A stretch of 64,000 nucleotides of DNA from an uncultured Spirochaetia bacterium (GCA_964398505.1 CAYNMZ010000001.1:394-64393); one strand, 5' to 3'; positions 1-9,732 are shown, numbered from the stretch's first letter. The notes: generated by a model not told the origin, from the letters alone. A program made the numbers and translations.

Positions 1-502
1 GCTGCGTTGTTAAAATCCCCGCCTGCGCTTGTCCATGGGTTGGTAGAACCGTCATAATAACTCCATGTGGCGTTTACATTGTTTGCGCCGCCACAGTCGC
101 CGTCTCCTTCTGTCCATGACCTTGTTATACCGTGCGCCACAAACAAAACTTCACTTCCGTCAAAATAATAGGAACGCAATGTCAGGTAAGCTTTCTTAAT
201 TACAGCCCCATTCGGGATAAATCCTGAAATTTCAAACCTGATAAGAGCTCTTGCTATTATGGACGTGGCCGTGCGGCCTACTGTAAGATTGAAACATCCT
301 CCGTAATTTGAGTTCGCGCTTGTGTCAAATATCCTTGTGTCTGTTGTCCCGTTATAAGCCGCGTCAGGATACGCGGCCTGCTGAAAACTCACGCATATTA
401 GCCCGGCTCCGTCGGCCCCTGCCGGGCCTGCGGGCCCCTGCTCAGCGCATGAGCCGAAAAGAAGCAAAACAAAAAGCAATACGAAAATTTTTCTTATCAT
501 AG
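1..502 (-). CDS. Secreted protein or lipoprotein, partial (runs off window start); signal peptide then GPAGPAGADGAG collagen-like stretch
   Basis: Minus-strand ATG at 502 preceded by AAGGAGG RBS (revcomp of 503-520); translation MIRKIFVLLFVLLLFGSCAEQGPAGPAGADGAG..., hydrophobic signal with a possible lipobox (LFGSC); open to window edge so absent from the complete-ORF track. Confidence 0.5.
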
Positions 503-671
503 ATAACCTCCTTATTTTACAAAATTATACATATAATCAGGCTTTTGTCAAATAATTTGCCGTTAAAAAATCAGTACTTTTGATCAGTCTTCGGTCGGGC
601 GCGTCACGTTTTTTTTCAACCCTTGAAATTTTAATTTTCAGTATTTATTTTTTAGACGTTAAAAAAACACG

Positions 672-700
672 TTGACATTGTAGTTTTTAAGTGTTATAAA
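672..700 (+). promoter_or_regulatory. Sigma70-like promoter TTGACA-17-TATAAA upstream of the inositol-lipid operon
   Basis: TTGACA at 672-677, 17-nt spacer, TATAAA at 695-700, followed by RBS AAGGAGAGG and ATG at 754. Confidence 0.5.
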
Positions 701-753
701 TATTTAATCCCTGAAATATATCCCATGACAATAAGGTAAAGGAGAGGCTATTA

Positions 754-1377
754 ATGGGTTATAAGCAAATAAGGGACAGGCTGAAAGTTATAAGCGAGTC
801 CGTACTTTCGCCTATAATAGCGTTTTTTGACAGGATTGGCATTACACCCAACATGCTTACGCTTTTCGGACTTACGGTGAATATCGCGGCAGCTTTCCTT
901 ATTACATCAGGATTTCTGCCTTCCGCAGGCCTTATAATACTTTTTGCCGGTGTTTTTGACATGTTGGACGGAGCGCTCGCGAGGAAAACAGGCAAAAAAA
1001 GCAGGTTCGGCGGCTTCCTTGACTCAGTGACTGACAGGATATCCGAAGGCGCTTTTTACCTCGCGATAGTGTTGCTTTACATAAACGAAGGAAAAGGCCC
1101 TATGGCAGGGCTTTCGTACGCTGCCATGTTCCTGTCCTTTCTCATAAGCTACATCAGGGCAAGGGCCGGAGCCATGCAGATAGACTGCGAGGAAGGTTTC
1201 TTCACAAGGACAGAGAGGATAATTACCCTTGTGCTTGGCCTGCTTTTCAGCCCGCTCTTTGACTCGCTGTCAGCCGCAATATGGATAATAACAATATTCT
1301 CGGGCATAACTGTGGCTCAGAGGATTTACATAGTGTACATAAGGGCAAACAAAACCCAAAAGAAAAAAGCAAAATGA
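754..1377 (+). CDS. CDP-alcohol phosphatidyltransferase; probable phosphatidylinositol-phosphate synthase (PgsA1-like, homologous to archaetidylinositol-phosphate synthase)
   Basis: 207 aa polytopic membrane protein with CDP-OH_P_transf signature D-G-x2-A-R...G-x3-D-x3-D ([30 protein letters not shown]); immediately followed by a MIPS gene, the classical PIP-synthase context; ends with TGA. Confidence 0.75.
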   Translation: MGYKQIRDRLKVISESVLSPIIAFFDRIGITPNMLTLFGLTVNIAAAFLITSGFLPSAGLIILFAGVFDMLDGALARKTGKKSRFGGFLDSVTDRISEGAFYLAIVLLYINEGKGPMAGLSYAAMFLSFLISYIRARAGAMQIDCEEGFFTRTERIITLVLGLLFSPLFDSLSAAIWIITIFSGITVAQRIYIVYIRANKTQKKKAK

Positions 1378-1390
1378 AGGAGGACTTAAA

Positions 1391-2470
1391 ATGTCAAAAA
1401 AGATAAGGCTCGCGATAGCGGGAATGGGTAACTGCGCCTGGTCGCTCATGCAGGGCCTGGAATACTACAAGGACATACCTGACTCGGAATTCGTGCCCGG
1501 CTTAATGCACGCCAACCTCGGCGGCTACAGGATAAAGGACATAGAGCTTGTGGCAGCATTTGACGTGGACAGGAACAAGGTCGGCAAGGACGCCAAGGAC
1601 GCGCTGGAATCCCCGCCCAACAACACCATTGAGTTCGCCAAAGTCAAAAAAACCGGCATAATAGTCCAGAAGGGGCGTACTCTGGACGGCCTGGGCAAGT
1701 ATTACAAGCAGGTCATAAAAAAATCCCGCAGGGTTCCTGTAAACGTGGCGCAGGTGCTGAAACAGACGCAGGCTGATGTTCTTGTCTCTTACCTTCCCGT
1801 AGGTTCCGAGAAAGCCACACGCTATTACGCGCTTGAGGCCTTAAAGGCAGGCGTGGCTTTCGTGAACGCAATACCGGTTTTTATCGCCTCAACTAAGGAA
1901 TGGTCCGAGAAGTTCAGGCGCGCCCGTGTCCCAATCATAGGCGACGACATAAAATCCCAGGTAGGCGCGACCATAGTGCACAGGGTCCTGACAAAGCTAT
2001 TCGCTGACCGCGGCTGCAAGATTTACAGGACGTACCAGATAAATTTCGGCGGAAACATGGACTTCATGAACATGCTCGAGCGCGAAAGGCTTTACTCAAA
2101 GAAGATATCCAAGACTAACGCGGTATTGAGCATGATGGGCAACCCCATAAACGCCGGCGAGGACGTGCATGTCGGGCCAAGCGACTACATACCATGGCTC
2201 AAGGACAGGAAGTGGTGCTATATAAAGATAGAAGGCTCAAATTTCGGCGAAGTCCCGCTTGATGTTGAGCTAAAGCTTGAAGTATGGGATTCCCCCAATT
2301 CAGCGGGCGTCATAATAGACGCTGTGCGCTGCGCCAAGATCGCGCTGGACCGCGGCATTGGCGGCCTGCTTGAAGGTCCGTGCGCTTATTTCATGAAGAC
2401 CCCGCCAGTACAGCACCCTGACTCGCTCGCGAAAAAAATGGTTGAGGATTTCATTAAAGGAAAAAAATAG
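1391..2470 (+). CDS. ino1: myo-inositol-1-phosphate synthase (archaeal/bacterial short type)
   Basis: 359 aa; N-terminal Rossmann [19 protein letters not shown] typical of MIPS; size and overall sequence match the Ino1 family; 13-nt gap after the upstream gene. Confidence 0.85.
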   Translation: MSKKIRLAIAGMGNCAWSLMQGLEYYKDIPDSEFVPGLMHANLGGYRIKDIELVAAFDVDRNKVGKDAKDALESPPNNTIEFAKVKKTGIIVQKGRTLDGLGKYYKQVIKKSRRVPVNVAQVLKQTQADVLVSYLPVGSEKATRYYALEALKAGVAFVNAIPVFIASTKEWSEKFRRARVPIIGDDIKSQVGATIVHRVLTKLFADRGCKIYRTYQINFGGNMDFMNMLERERLYSKKISKTNAVLSMMGNPINAGEDVHVGPSDYIPWLKDRKWCYIKIEGSNFGEVPLDVELKLEVWDSPNSAGVIIDAVRCAKIALDRGIGGLLEGPCAYFMKTPPVQHPDSLAKKMVEDFIKGKK

Positions 2471-2473
2471 CGC

Positions 2474-3328
2474 ATGTACATGCTCCTGCGCTTTTTACAG
2501 CTTATACTTAAAAATATCCCGCGCAAAGCGGGATATTTTATTTTTGAGTCTTTCTTTAAGCTTGCATGGCTTATACCTTCAGGTCGCAGGAAACAGCTTA
2601 TAAAAAACCTCTCAATTATCCCGTCAGTAAAAAACCCTTTAATCACAAGCCTTGAAGTTTACAAAAACTACGCCAGGTATTATTTTGACCTTTATTATGA
2701 TAAGGATAAAATCCTGCCTTCTGTAATGGAAACCCAGGCTTTCACTGCTTCCTATGAAAAGTCAAAACAACTTCTTGAATCACGCAAAGGTCTTATCATA
2801 ATAAGCATGCATATGGGAAACTGGGATTTTGCCGGAAGCTTTCTGTCACGTATGTTTCCGGGCAGAACAAATGTAGTCGTTGAAAAACTCTCTCCTGCCG
2901 CATACAGGTGGTTTACGGAGACAAGGACGCGCTGGGGAATGAAAGTTATTGAGTCAAGGGATGTAAAATCCATGATGCGCGCCTTAAAAAATGGTGAGGT
3001 GCTTGTTCTGGTCGCTGACAGGGACCTGGAAAAGACAGGTTATAAGCTCACCTTTTTCGGAAAAAAGGCATATATACCGAGCGGACCTGCAAAACTGGCG
3101 CTGGCTCATAAGGTCCCTATAATGCTCGGTGTCATGGTAAGGGACAAAAAGAATCCCATGATATTTATACCTGTCCTGCATTCTGATGCGATAAACGAGC
3201 AGCCAATGGAAAAAAATGAAGAAAATTCCGAAAAACTTTCCGAACAACTTGTTTCTCTCATGGAAAGAACACTTTTTGAATACCCGGAACAGTGGTGTAT
3301 GCTTCAAAAAGTATGGGTGGAGGATTAG
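2474..3328 (+). CDS. Lipid A biosynthesis acyltransferase family protein (LpxL/HtrB/PatA-like); candidate acyltransferase for an inositol glycolipid
   Basis: 284 aa; N-terminal membrane anchor, HtrB/LABLAT-like layout (MHMGNWDFAG region, C-terminal EYPEQW), starts 4 nt after MIPS stop; mycobacterial PatA (Rv2611c) is in the same family. Confidence 0.7.
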   Translation: MYMLLRFLQLILKNIPRKAGYFIFESFFKLAWLIPSGRRKQLIKNLSIIPSVKNPLITSLEVYKNYARYYFDLYYDKDKILPSVMETQAFTASYEKSKQLLESRKGLIIISMHMGNWDFAGSFLSRMFPGRTNVVVEKLSPAAYRWFTETRTRWGMKVIESRDVKSMMRALKNGEVLVLVADRDLEKTGYKLTFFGKKAYIPSGPAKLALAHKVPIMLGVMVRDKKNPMIFIPVLHSDAINEQPMEKNEENSEKLSEQLVSLMERTLFEYPEQWCMLQKVWVED

Positions 3329-3392
3329 CAAACATACACTTATCCAATAACCTTATGCCCAAACGGCCTACATCTATATGTTCAAATGTTTG

Positions 3393-3421
3393 TTGGCTAA
3401 ATGGATATAAAGTATTATAAT
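3393..3421 (+). promoter_or_regulatory. Possible internal promoter TTGGCT-17-TATAAT before the glycosyltransferase gene
   Basis: TTGGCT 3393-3398, 17-nt spacer, TATAAT 3416-3421; in the 123-bp gap between acyltransferase and GT4 genes. Confidence 0.35.
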
Positions 3422-3451
3422 CTTTAAGACTTTTCAAAACAACGGAGAAAC

Positions 3452-4597
3452 ATGAGCAAACATTCTTTTAAGAAAATAGCCATAGTCACTCCATACTATT
3501 ACCCGCTTTTTGGAGGAGTACAGGAATATGTCTATCACCTGAAAAAGGAATACAAGAAAATGGGTTATTTCACCCGTGTTATTACGGCACATTTCGGTCA
3601 CAAGAAAAGCAAGGACGAGGATGAGGTAATACGCTTCGGCAATGGATTTCCTTTTTTAATTAACGGCTCAACAGGAAGGATTATACTGATGTCAGGCAAA
3701 AACAGGATAAAAGAAATGCTGGAAAAATATAACTTTGACATCATACACTTTCAGGAACCTTTTGTGCCTTTCCTTTCTCATAAAATAATGAAATACTCAA
3801 AAGCGTTAAATATTGCCACGTTTCACGCCAACTTTGACTCAAGCATCTACTACAGAATAGGCACAAATTTTTTAACGCCTTTATGGGACAGGCTGCACGG
3901 AAGGATCGCGGTCTCTCCATCAGCGCAAAGCAGCGTAAATAAATATTTCAACGGAGATGTTGAAATAATCCCAAACGGAGTTGACACAGTCAGGTTTAAC
4001 CCCAAAAACCCTAAAATAAAGAAATTTAACGACAATAAGGTCAATATACTTTTTACAGGCCGAGTGGAAAAAAGAAAAGGCCTAATATATCTTTTACAGG
4101 CATACGCTAAATTGAAACCCAAATATCCTGAGACAAGGCTGATAATTGTCGGCAGAGGACCTCTTTTGAAACAACTGAGAAAATTTGTCTCTAAAAACCG
4201 CCTCGCTGATGTCCACTTTGAGGGTTTTGTTCCTGTAAAACAGCTTCCAAACTATTATTCCTCAAGCCATATATACTGCTCTCCGGCTCTTTTTGGCGAG
4301 AGTTTTGGTATAGTACTGCTTGAGGCAATGGCAAATGCAATACCGGTTGTTGCATTCAACATAAGCGGTTACAATGACGTTGTCTCAAATCTTGATGACG
4401 GCCTGCTTGCCATACCGCGCGACGCGCGCGACCTGCAGGAAAAAATTGAGCTCCTCCTAAAAAAACCAGAATTAAGAAAGGAACTGGGAAGCCGCGGACT
4501 AATAAAGGCACGACGTTATACATGGGAAAAAATAGCAAAGAAAAACATAGCATTTTATCATGAAATATGGGATAAAAAACATACAAGGCATGGTTAA
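3452..4597 (+). CDS. GT4 family glycosyltransferase, PimA-like (candidate phosphatidylinositol alpha-mannosyl/glycosyl-transferase)
   Basis: 381 aa; N-terminal IAIVTPYYYPLFGGVQEYVYHL resembles PimA N-terminus (PY..GGVQ.HV..L); C-terminal GT1/GT4 EX7E region (FGESFGIVLLEAMANAIPVVA); embedded in the inositol-lipid operon. Confidence 0.8.
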   Translation: MSKHSFKKIAIVTPYYYPLFGGVQEYVYHLKKEYKKMGYFTRVITAHFGHKKSKDEDEVIRFGNGFPFLINGSTGRIILMSGKNRIKEMLEKYNFDIIHFQEPFVPFLSHKIMKYSKALNIATFHANFDSSIYYRIGTNFLTPLWDRLHGRIAVSPSAQSSVNKYFNGDVEIIPNGVDTVRFNPKNPKIKKFNDNKVNILFTGRVEKRKGLIYLLQAYAKLKPKYPETRLIIVGRGPLLKQLRKFVSKNRLADVHFEGFVPVKQLPNYYSSSHIYCSPALFGESFGIVLLEAMANAIPVVAFNISGYNDVVSNLDDGLLAIPRDARDLQEKIELLLKKPELRKELGSRGLIKARRYTWEKIAKKNIAFYHEIWDKKHTRHG

Positions 4598-4600
4598 ATA

Positions 4601-5476
4601 ATGTACTATGTATTAAAAGCCGTCTCATGGTTCATACAGTTTTTTCCTTTGAAGGCTCTTTATTCTATAGCAGGCTTTATTACAAAAATTGTCTTCCTTC
4701 TGTGGAAGGAGAAAAGTAACAATGTTTACAATAATTTCAGCGTTATACTCGCAGTAAAATACGGCAGGCCGGCCACCGACGCCGAAATAAAAAATATCAT
4801 GCGCAGAAATTTTGAAAATTACGGCAAATTCTCGGTTGAATTCCTTTATATAAATAAACTTATAAAAAAAGGCGCTCTTCCTGAAATGCGCGGCCGTGGA
4901 ATAGCGGAATTTGAAAAGGCTTTTTCTTACGGCAAAGGCATAATAATCGGTACACTGCATTATTCAAACTGGGACATAGCCGGAATAACCATATCCGGCC
5001 ACATGAAGGGCAAAGCCGAAGTGTGGGCCATAGCAGATGACCTCGGCGGCGGTTATAACAGGTTCATACAGGAAACCCGTAAGGCTTACGGAATAAACAT
5101 AGTCCTCCCGAACAGGAATTTAAAAGACGCGTACAGGTGCCTGCAAAATAACGGCATACTGAACGTTCTGGTTGACAGACCTGTGGCCAGGTCAGACAAG
5201 ACAGGTGTGGAAGTTGATTTTTTCGGTAAGAAAATTTTCGTCGCCACAGCCGCGGCACGCATCGCAATAAAAACTGGCGCGAAAATAATAGTCGGAGGCG
5301 CGCCAAGGGAAGGTGACTGGTTTTACGGCGATCCTGGCCCGATTTTACAATATAGCTTAACAGGCGATTACGAAAAAGACATTTTAACAGTAACTCAAGC
5401 CATAATGAAAGAAGCTGAAAGGATAATACTTGAGCATCCTGAAGACTGGTATATGTTCCGCCCGATGTTCAAATGA
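4601..5476 (+). CDS. Second lipid A biosynthesis acyltransferase family protein (LpxL/HtrB/PatA-like)
   Basis: 291 aa; paralogous in layout to 2474..3328 (N-terminal hydrophobic anchor, HYSNWDIAG, C-terminal EHPEDWYMF); starts 4 nt after GT4 stop. Confidence 0.7.
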   Translation: MYYVLKAVSWFIQFFPLKALYSIAGFITKIVFLLWKEKSNNVYNNFSVILAVKYGRPATDAEIKNIMRRNFENYGKFSVEFLYINKLIKKGALPEMRGRGIAEFEKAFSYGKGIIIGTLHYSNWDIAGITISGHMKGKAEVWAIADDLGGGYNRFIQETRKAYGINIVLPNRNLKDAYRCLQNNGILNVLVDRPVARSDKTGVEVDFFGKKIFVATAAARIAIKTGAKIIVGGAPREGDWFYGDPGPILQYSLTGDYEKDILTVTQAIMKEAERIILEHPEDWYMFRPMFK

Positions 5477-5552
5477 CTACGGGCATTATGAGACGGTGAA
5501 AAATTTAGGACTTGAAATTTGATATTTAAGATTATGGGAAAACTGTGTCTTG

Positions 5553-5587
5553 TCCAAATTTCAAATATCAAATCTCAAATTCCAAAT
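5553..5587 (+). repeat. Five tandem heptamers (N)(Y)CAAAT with exact 7-nt period in the 5' leader of the PHP gene
   Basis: TCCAAAT TTCAAAT ATCAAAT CTCAAAT TCCAAAT read directly at 5553-5587, immediately upstream of RBS AAGGAGA and ATG 5605. Confidence 0.6.
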
Positions 5588-5604
5588 TATCTAAGGAGAC
5601 CATT

Positions 5605-6387
5605 ATGGCATCAAAAATCACTTTCCTTGCTGACGCGCCGCCCGACGGTTGTTGCATAGGGTACAAAGACTCGCTCATTAAGGAAAAAGACCTAAAAGGT
5701 TACAGCAAGGCAGACTATCATATACACACTTCTGTCGGCGACGCTGTAATGTCACCCGAAGAAATAGTTGACTACTGCGAAAAAAAGACGGACCTTAAGG
5801 TAATAGCCATAACAGACCACGACCAGGTAAAGGGCGCTTTTCGAGCGCAGGAACATGCGAAAAGAAAAAAATACAGGATACAGGTTATAGCCGGTGAGGA
5901 AGTAAGTACATTAAAAGGCCACCTTATCGGACTTTTTATGAAAAAAAGGATACGCCGCTATACAGGCCTCATAGACACGATAAAGGACATACACGGACAG
6001 GGCGGAATTTGCATAGTGCCGCATCCTTTGTCATGGCTGACAACATCCATAGGCGAGCGCGCTTTCAAGAAAGTCATGCATCATAAGGACGAGGACGTTT
6101 ATTTTGACGCTGTGGAACTCATAAACCCGGCAATTGCCGGCAGGATAACGGATAAACGCGCGTCCGCGATGAACAAGGAATGCTGGAACCTGCCCGTAAC
6201 CGGAGGATCTGACTCGCACTCTTTGGCCGGAATTGGCTCGGCATATACTTGGTTCAAGGGCAGAACAGCCGAGGATTTCAGGGAGTCAATAAGGCAGAGG
6301 ACGACCAAATTCGGCGGCCGCTACTGGGACTTTTCCGAGCACTGGGACGTTTTTGTTCAGAAGGTAAAAAGATTCAAGGTGTTTTAA
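5605..6387 (+). CDS. PHP-domain metal-dependent phosphoesterase
   Basis: PHP motifs ADYHIHTSVGD...IAITDHD...VPHP...GGSDSHS; start moved from ORF-track 5545 to ATG 5605, which has an AAGGAGA RBS 6 nt upstream. Confidence 0.75.
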   Translation: MASKITFLADAPPDGCCIGYKDSLIKEKDLKGYSKADYHIHTSVGDAVMSPEEIVDYCEKKTDLKVIAITDHDQVKGAFRAQEHAKRKKYRIQVIAGEEVSTLKGHLIGLFMKKRIRRYTGLIDTIKDIHGQGGICIVPHPLSWLTTSIGERAFKKVMHHKDEDVYFDAVELINPAIAGRITDKRASAMNKECWNLPVTGGSDSHSLAGIGSAYTWFKGRTAEDFRESIRQRTTKFGGRYWDFSEHWDVFVQKVKRFKVF

Positions 6388-6447
6388 TTAAACAGGGCCG
6401 GGTCCAGTATTAGACAGTATCCAATAGCCTTTTAGCCAATAAAAATT

Positions 6448-6497
6448 GAAAGCGGGCTGATTTCGAATTTTCGAAACCGGCCCGCTTAATTATTTAT
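6448..6497. terminator. Bidirectional rho-independent terminator between convergent PHP and pckG genes
   Basis: Stem AAGCGGGC (6450-6457) / GCCCGCTT (6480-6487) with an internally palindromic loop (TTTCGAATTTTCGAAA), flanked by T-runs on both strands. Confidence 0.5.
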
Positions 6498-6528
6498 TGG
6501 CTGTCAGTTTACAGGTTATTGGTTAAAT

Positions 6529-8379
6529 TTACAGCTTATCCGGCGTTACATAGTCCCCTTTCGCCGATTTCAGCTCCAAAAGGCGCTTCTTCTGCGCATC
6601 AAGGTGATCAAAAACCGCCTGAGGCGTTCCCTTGACTCCCTGATAAACCTTTGTTATCCTGTCCATCTTCGCTATATTCTCATTTACACGTATCATGAAC
6701 TGCTCATTGTACTCGGCGAGCGTGTAGTCTTTTTTCAAAACTTCGGAAAAAAGTCTCTTTAAGTCCTCATATTTCGGTATATATCCAATGGGTGAATTTA
6801 TGGCCTGAACATCCCAGTTCGCGCGCAGTTCCATCCACTTCAGCCATACCCTCTTGTCCTTGACACCGGTCAGCCACTTGCCGTCCTTTGTGCGCTGGAA
6901 ATAGTTCGCGCCGAAAATCGGCGGAGTTTTCTTCAGTTTTTTTCCGAACTCAAGATAATTCTCAATATATTTAGCCATAGATATTGATAAGAACTCAAGA
7001 TTTGACATTATGTTAAATACCCTGTTACCTTCCTGGCCTATAGTGGCTGCGGTTGTCTCTGACTCAAGCGCGGCTCCCATTGTTATTACCCCGTGTTCCC
7101 ATCCAAAAGACTCAAAAACAGGCACCCATGTGTCAGAATCCCTGCCGCCGTAAATTATTCCTTTTAACTCAACTCCCTTTTTGTCGTGCAGTTTTTTATC
7201 ACAATTTTTCAACTTTTCAAGGCTTATTGAATATCTGGCGTTCTTGTGCGCGTAATCAATCTTTTTTCCCTGGCTGTCCAGCTTGTCTGGCGTCCATTCG
7301 CCTGAGAAATTTACGCCCCTTTCAGGTGCGGGCCTGCCGTCTCCAAGCCAGCGCGGAGTACCGTCCACGTTAAGGACGTTACCGAATATCACGTCCCCCG
7401 GTTTATTCAAAAGATCCCAGATTAGAGGGTCTGATTTCTCGCTTATATCCTGGATAATCCCAAATATGCCCTTTTCCACGTTAGCGGCGTGAACTTTACC
7501 GTTTATATTATGAAGATACGCAAGGTCATCTCCGACTATAGTCTCGCCTTCAACCATGGCCGTTGATGTTTTTCCGCACATTGAAGGATATGCCCCTGAA
7601 AAATATGAAACCCTGCCCTTTGGCCCGTGTACTCCCATCACAAACATATGCTCAGCCAGCCAGCCCTCGCGCGATGCCTTTTGTATCGCCAGGCGAAGAG
7701 CGAGTTTCTTAAACCCAACTGACTGCCCTGCATATTGTGTATTACAGGAATATACGGTGTCATTTTTTAAATCCATGTAAACCCTGCGTTCAGCCACGTT
7801 CTTTGAGGCCATCCTTTCGTCAACCTCTCCTGTGCCGTGGACAACCTTGAAAAACGACGTCGGCCTTGCTTTCTTAAACCCTTCATAACCCTTCCTGTAA
7901 AGTATATTTTCCGAATGCACAACATAATATGAGTCTGTAAGCTGGACAGCCGGAATGTAAAATGGTGAGCCTACGGGACCGAGCGCGTAAAAACAAACTA
8001 TCATCTGTCGCCCTTTCATAATATCTCGCATCTTGTGATAAATCTCGTTTAAACCCTCATCACGGTCTATGCCGTTTAGACCTTCAGGCGCTATTCCATG
8101 CTCAAAAAGGAACTTTGTATTTTTGGGATCGCGACCCTGGTCGTTTATGCCGTCAAAATGAATTGTATGCCCCTTGATGTTTAGCGGAATTTCCTCTCCC
8201 TTTTCAATCGCCATTTTCTTTATCAATTCCTCGTCCTCTTTGCTGTCTGTTGACACAAATATGGAATCAGGATTTAGAAGGTCGGCATATTTTGCCACGA
8301 ATTCCATAAGGGTCGGGTTTTTCAGCGCTTCCAGCCTTTTATACGACCCTTTGACGCACTTTTTCTCAAGTATTTCCAT
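6529..8379 (-). CDS. pckG: Phosphoenolpyruvate carboxykinase (GTP)
   Basis: 616 aa; strong overall similarity to GTP-dependent PEPCK (N-terminal FVAKYADLLNPDSIFV..., kinase/P-loop region FSGAYPSMCGKTS). Confidence 0.9.
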   Translation of the reverse strand: MEILEKKCVKGSYKRLEALKNPTLMEFVAKYADLLNPDSIFVSTDSKEDEELIKKMAIEKGEEIPLNIKGHTIHFDGINDQGRDPKNTKFLFEHGIAPEGLNGIDRDEGLNEIYHKMRDIMKGRQMIVCFYALGPVGSPFYIPAVQLTDSYYVVHSENILYRKGYEGFKKARPTSFFKVVHGTGEVDERMASKNVAERRVYMDLKNDTVYSCNTQYAGQSVGFKKLALRLAIQKASREGWLAEHMFVMGVHGPKGRVSYFSGAYPSMCGKTSTAMVEGETIVGDDLAYLHNINGKVHAANVEKGIFGIIQDISEKSDPLIWDLLNKPGDVIFGNVLNVDGTPRWLGDGRPAPERGVNFSGEWTPDKLDSQGKKIDYAHKNARYSISLEKLKNCDKKLHDKKGVELKGIIYGGRDSDTWVPVFESFGWEHGVITMGAALESETTAATIGQEGNRVFNIMSNLEFLSISMAKYIENYLEFGKKLKKTPPIFGANYFQRTKDGKWLTGVKDKRVWLKWMELRANWDVQAINSPIGYIPKYEDLKRLFSEVLKKDYTLAEYNEQFMIRVNENIAKMDRITKVYQGVKGTPQAVFDHLDAQKKRLLELKSAKGDYVTPDKL

Positions 8380-8451
8380 GTCTTTCCTCCTTGGTTATGG
8401 CCTGTGTAAAAGCCTGTAATATTATTCAAAAACATACATAAATGTCAATGC

Positions 8452-8991
8452 CTATTCTTCCTTTATAAAATAAAGCATATTGTCTTCAAGCCTGTAAATC
8501 AGCGGAGCCACTGTTATCTTCGGGAACTTTTCCCTTATCCGTTTTGCTTCGCTGGCAATAAAGGTTTCCTCATCCTCTATCTCAAAAAATGGGGCAAATG
8601 CCATGAAATGCTCCTCTGCTTTTTTAGCGTCCCAGCCCGCGCGCTTGACCATGCCCTTTACAAAAATGTCCTTTTTTCTTGTCACATATGACATGGCGCA
8701 GTCATTGTGGCCCACTACAGCAACAGCCGTTACGCCTCCGACTCCTATGGCGTAAGCTATCTTGAAATCGCTATATCTCATGTTCGCTCCTGCTGTCCTT
8801 ATAATGTACGCGAAATTTTCGGGCAATTTAAGCATTTTTCTGTTGTCCATACACATTCCCACGAGTATCTGCGCGTTTTCGTAAGGTTTCGCCTCAAAAC
8901 CGAGGTTATGGTGGCATATAAGCCTTTCAACAGGCGTATCCCTGTATTTTTCCGGTATATCCGCCGCACTTTCCGCCTTTATTATGGCCAT
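8452..8991 (-). CDS. Beta-class carbonic anhydrase-like protein
   Basis: 179 aa with Zn-ligand motifs C-x-D-x-R (CMDNR) and H-x-x-C (GHNDCAM). Confidence 0.7.
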   Translation of the reverse strand: MAIIKAESAADIPEKYRDTPVERLICHHNLGFEAKPYENAQILVGMCMDNRKMLKLPENFAYIIRTAGANMRYSDFKIAYAIGVGGVTAVAVVGHNDCAMSYVTRKKDIFVKGMVKRAGWDAKKAEEHFMAFAPFFEIEDEETFIASEAKRIREKFPKITVAPLIYRLEDNMLYFIKEE

Positions 8992-9007
8992 TTGATCCTC
9001 CTATGGA

Positions 9008-9058
9008 CAAAAAAAAAATCCGGCTTTATGGCATATAACTTAAGCCACAGCCGGATTA
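9008..9058 (-). terminator. Rho-independent terminator for the DUF2294 gene
   Basis: Minus-strand stem AATCCGGCT / AGCCGGATT (plus 9018-9027 and 9049-9057) followed by T9 run (plus-strand A-run 9008-9018). Confidence 0.6.
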
Positions 9059-9142
9059 TTTTACGGCAAGCCCGCGCTTTTCACGCCTGCTTCCCGCCAA
9101 ATCTTCCTTATTTTAAGTCATTGAAATATACACGCTTAAAAC

Positions 9143-9505
9143 CTAAATGTCAAGCTCTTTGTCCAGGGTGAAAACGATTATCCTTTCCCCTGTTTTCGTG
9201 CTGATGTCAGTGTGCATTGTCGTCACAGCCGCGCCTGTTATGTCCTCTATGCCCTTTTCCAGCAGGGCCCTGGATGACTCAATGAGCCTGACGCGCGTCT
9301 GCTTGACCAGATTTTTGCCTTCTCTGTCCCTTGCCAGCGCTTTTTCAGCTGCTGTCAATACACCCTTTAGCCTTATAAATATGATATCGCCCATTATCTG
9401 CGCTGTAGTATCCTCTGGTCCCCTGCCCATATGCTCTTTTTCAAATTTAATTATCATCTCCCTTATCTTTGCCTCAACCTGACCTTTGCTCATTTTCTTT
9501 GACAT
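9143..9505 (-). CDS. DUF2294 / MpsC-like small protein
   Basis: 120 aa; N-terminal KGQVEAKIREMIIKFEKEHMGRGP pattern characteristic of the DUF2294 family. Confidence 0.55.
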   Translation of the reverse strand: MSKKMSKGQVEAKIREMIIKFEKEHMGRGPEDTTAQIMGDIIFIRLKGVLTAAEKALARDREGKNLVKQTRVRLIESSRALLEKGIEDITGAAVTTMHTDISTKTGERIIVFTLDKELDI

Positions 9506-9732
9506 ATAGCCCTCCTTTTTTTAATTATATTTTAACCCTATTCTACTATGTGTCAATACGGTTTCATTTTTAAACACTTGTCCCGTTTTTTTACAACATA
9601 ACCCTATTATTAATTGGATTTGGAAAATATAATTATTGACTTTTTCCCGGCACAGCTTTTGCATATACATAATATGACGACCGCAAGAGCGGCTGTTATA
9701 AATAAAAATATAAAGGAAAGGAGGTGTCGAAT

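Noticed and set aside
308-502. 64-aa plus-strand ORF
   Set aside because: It is antisense to a much better supported minus-strand secreted-protein gene (RBS, signal peptide) that runs to the window edge. No RBS is present. The Arg/Pro-rich translation is typical of GC-rich antisense frames.
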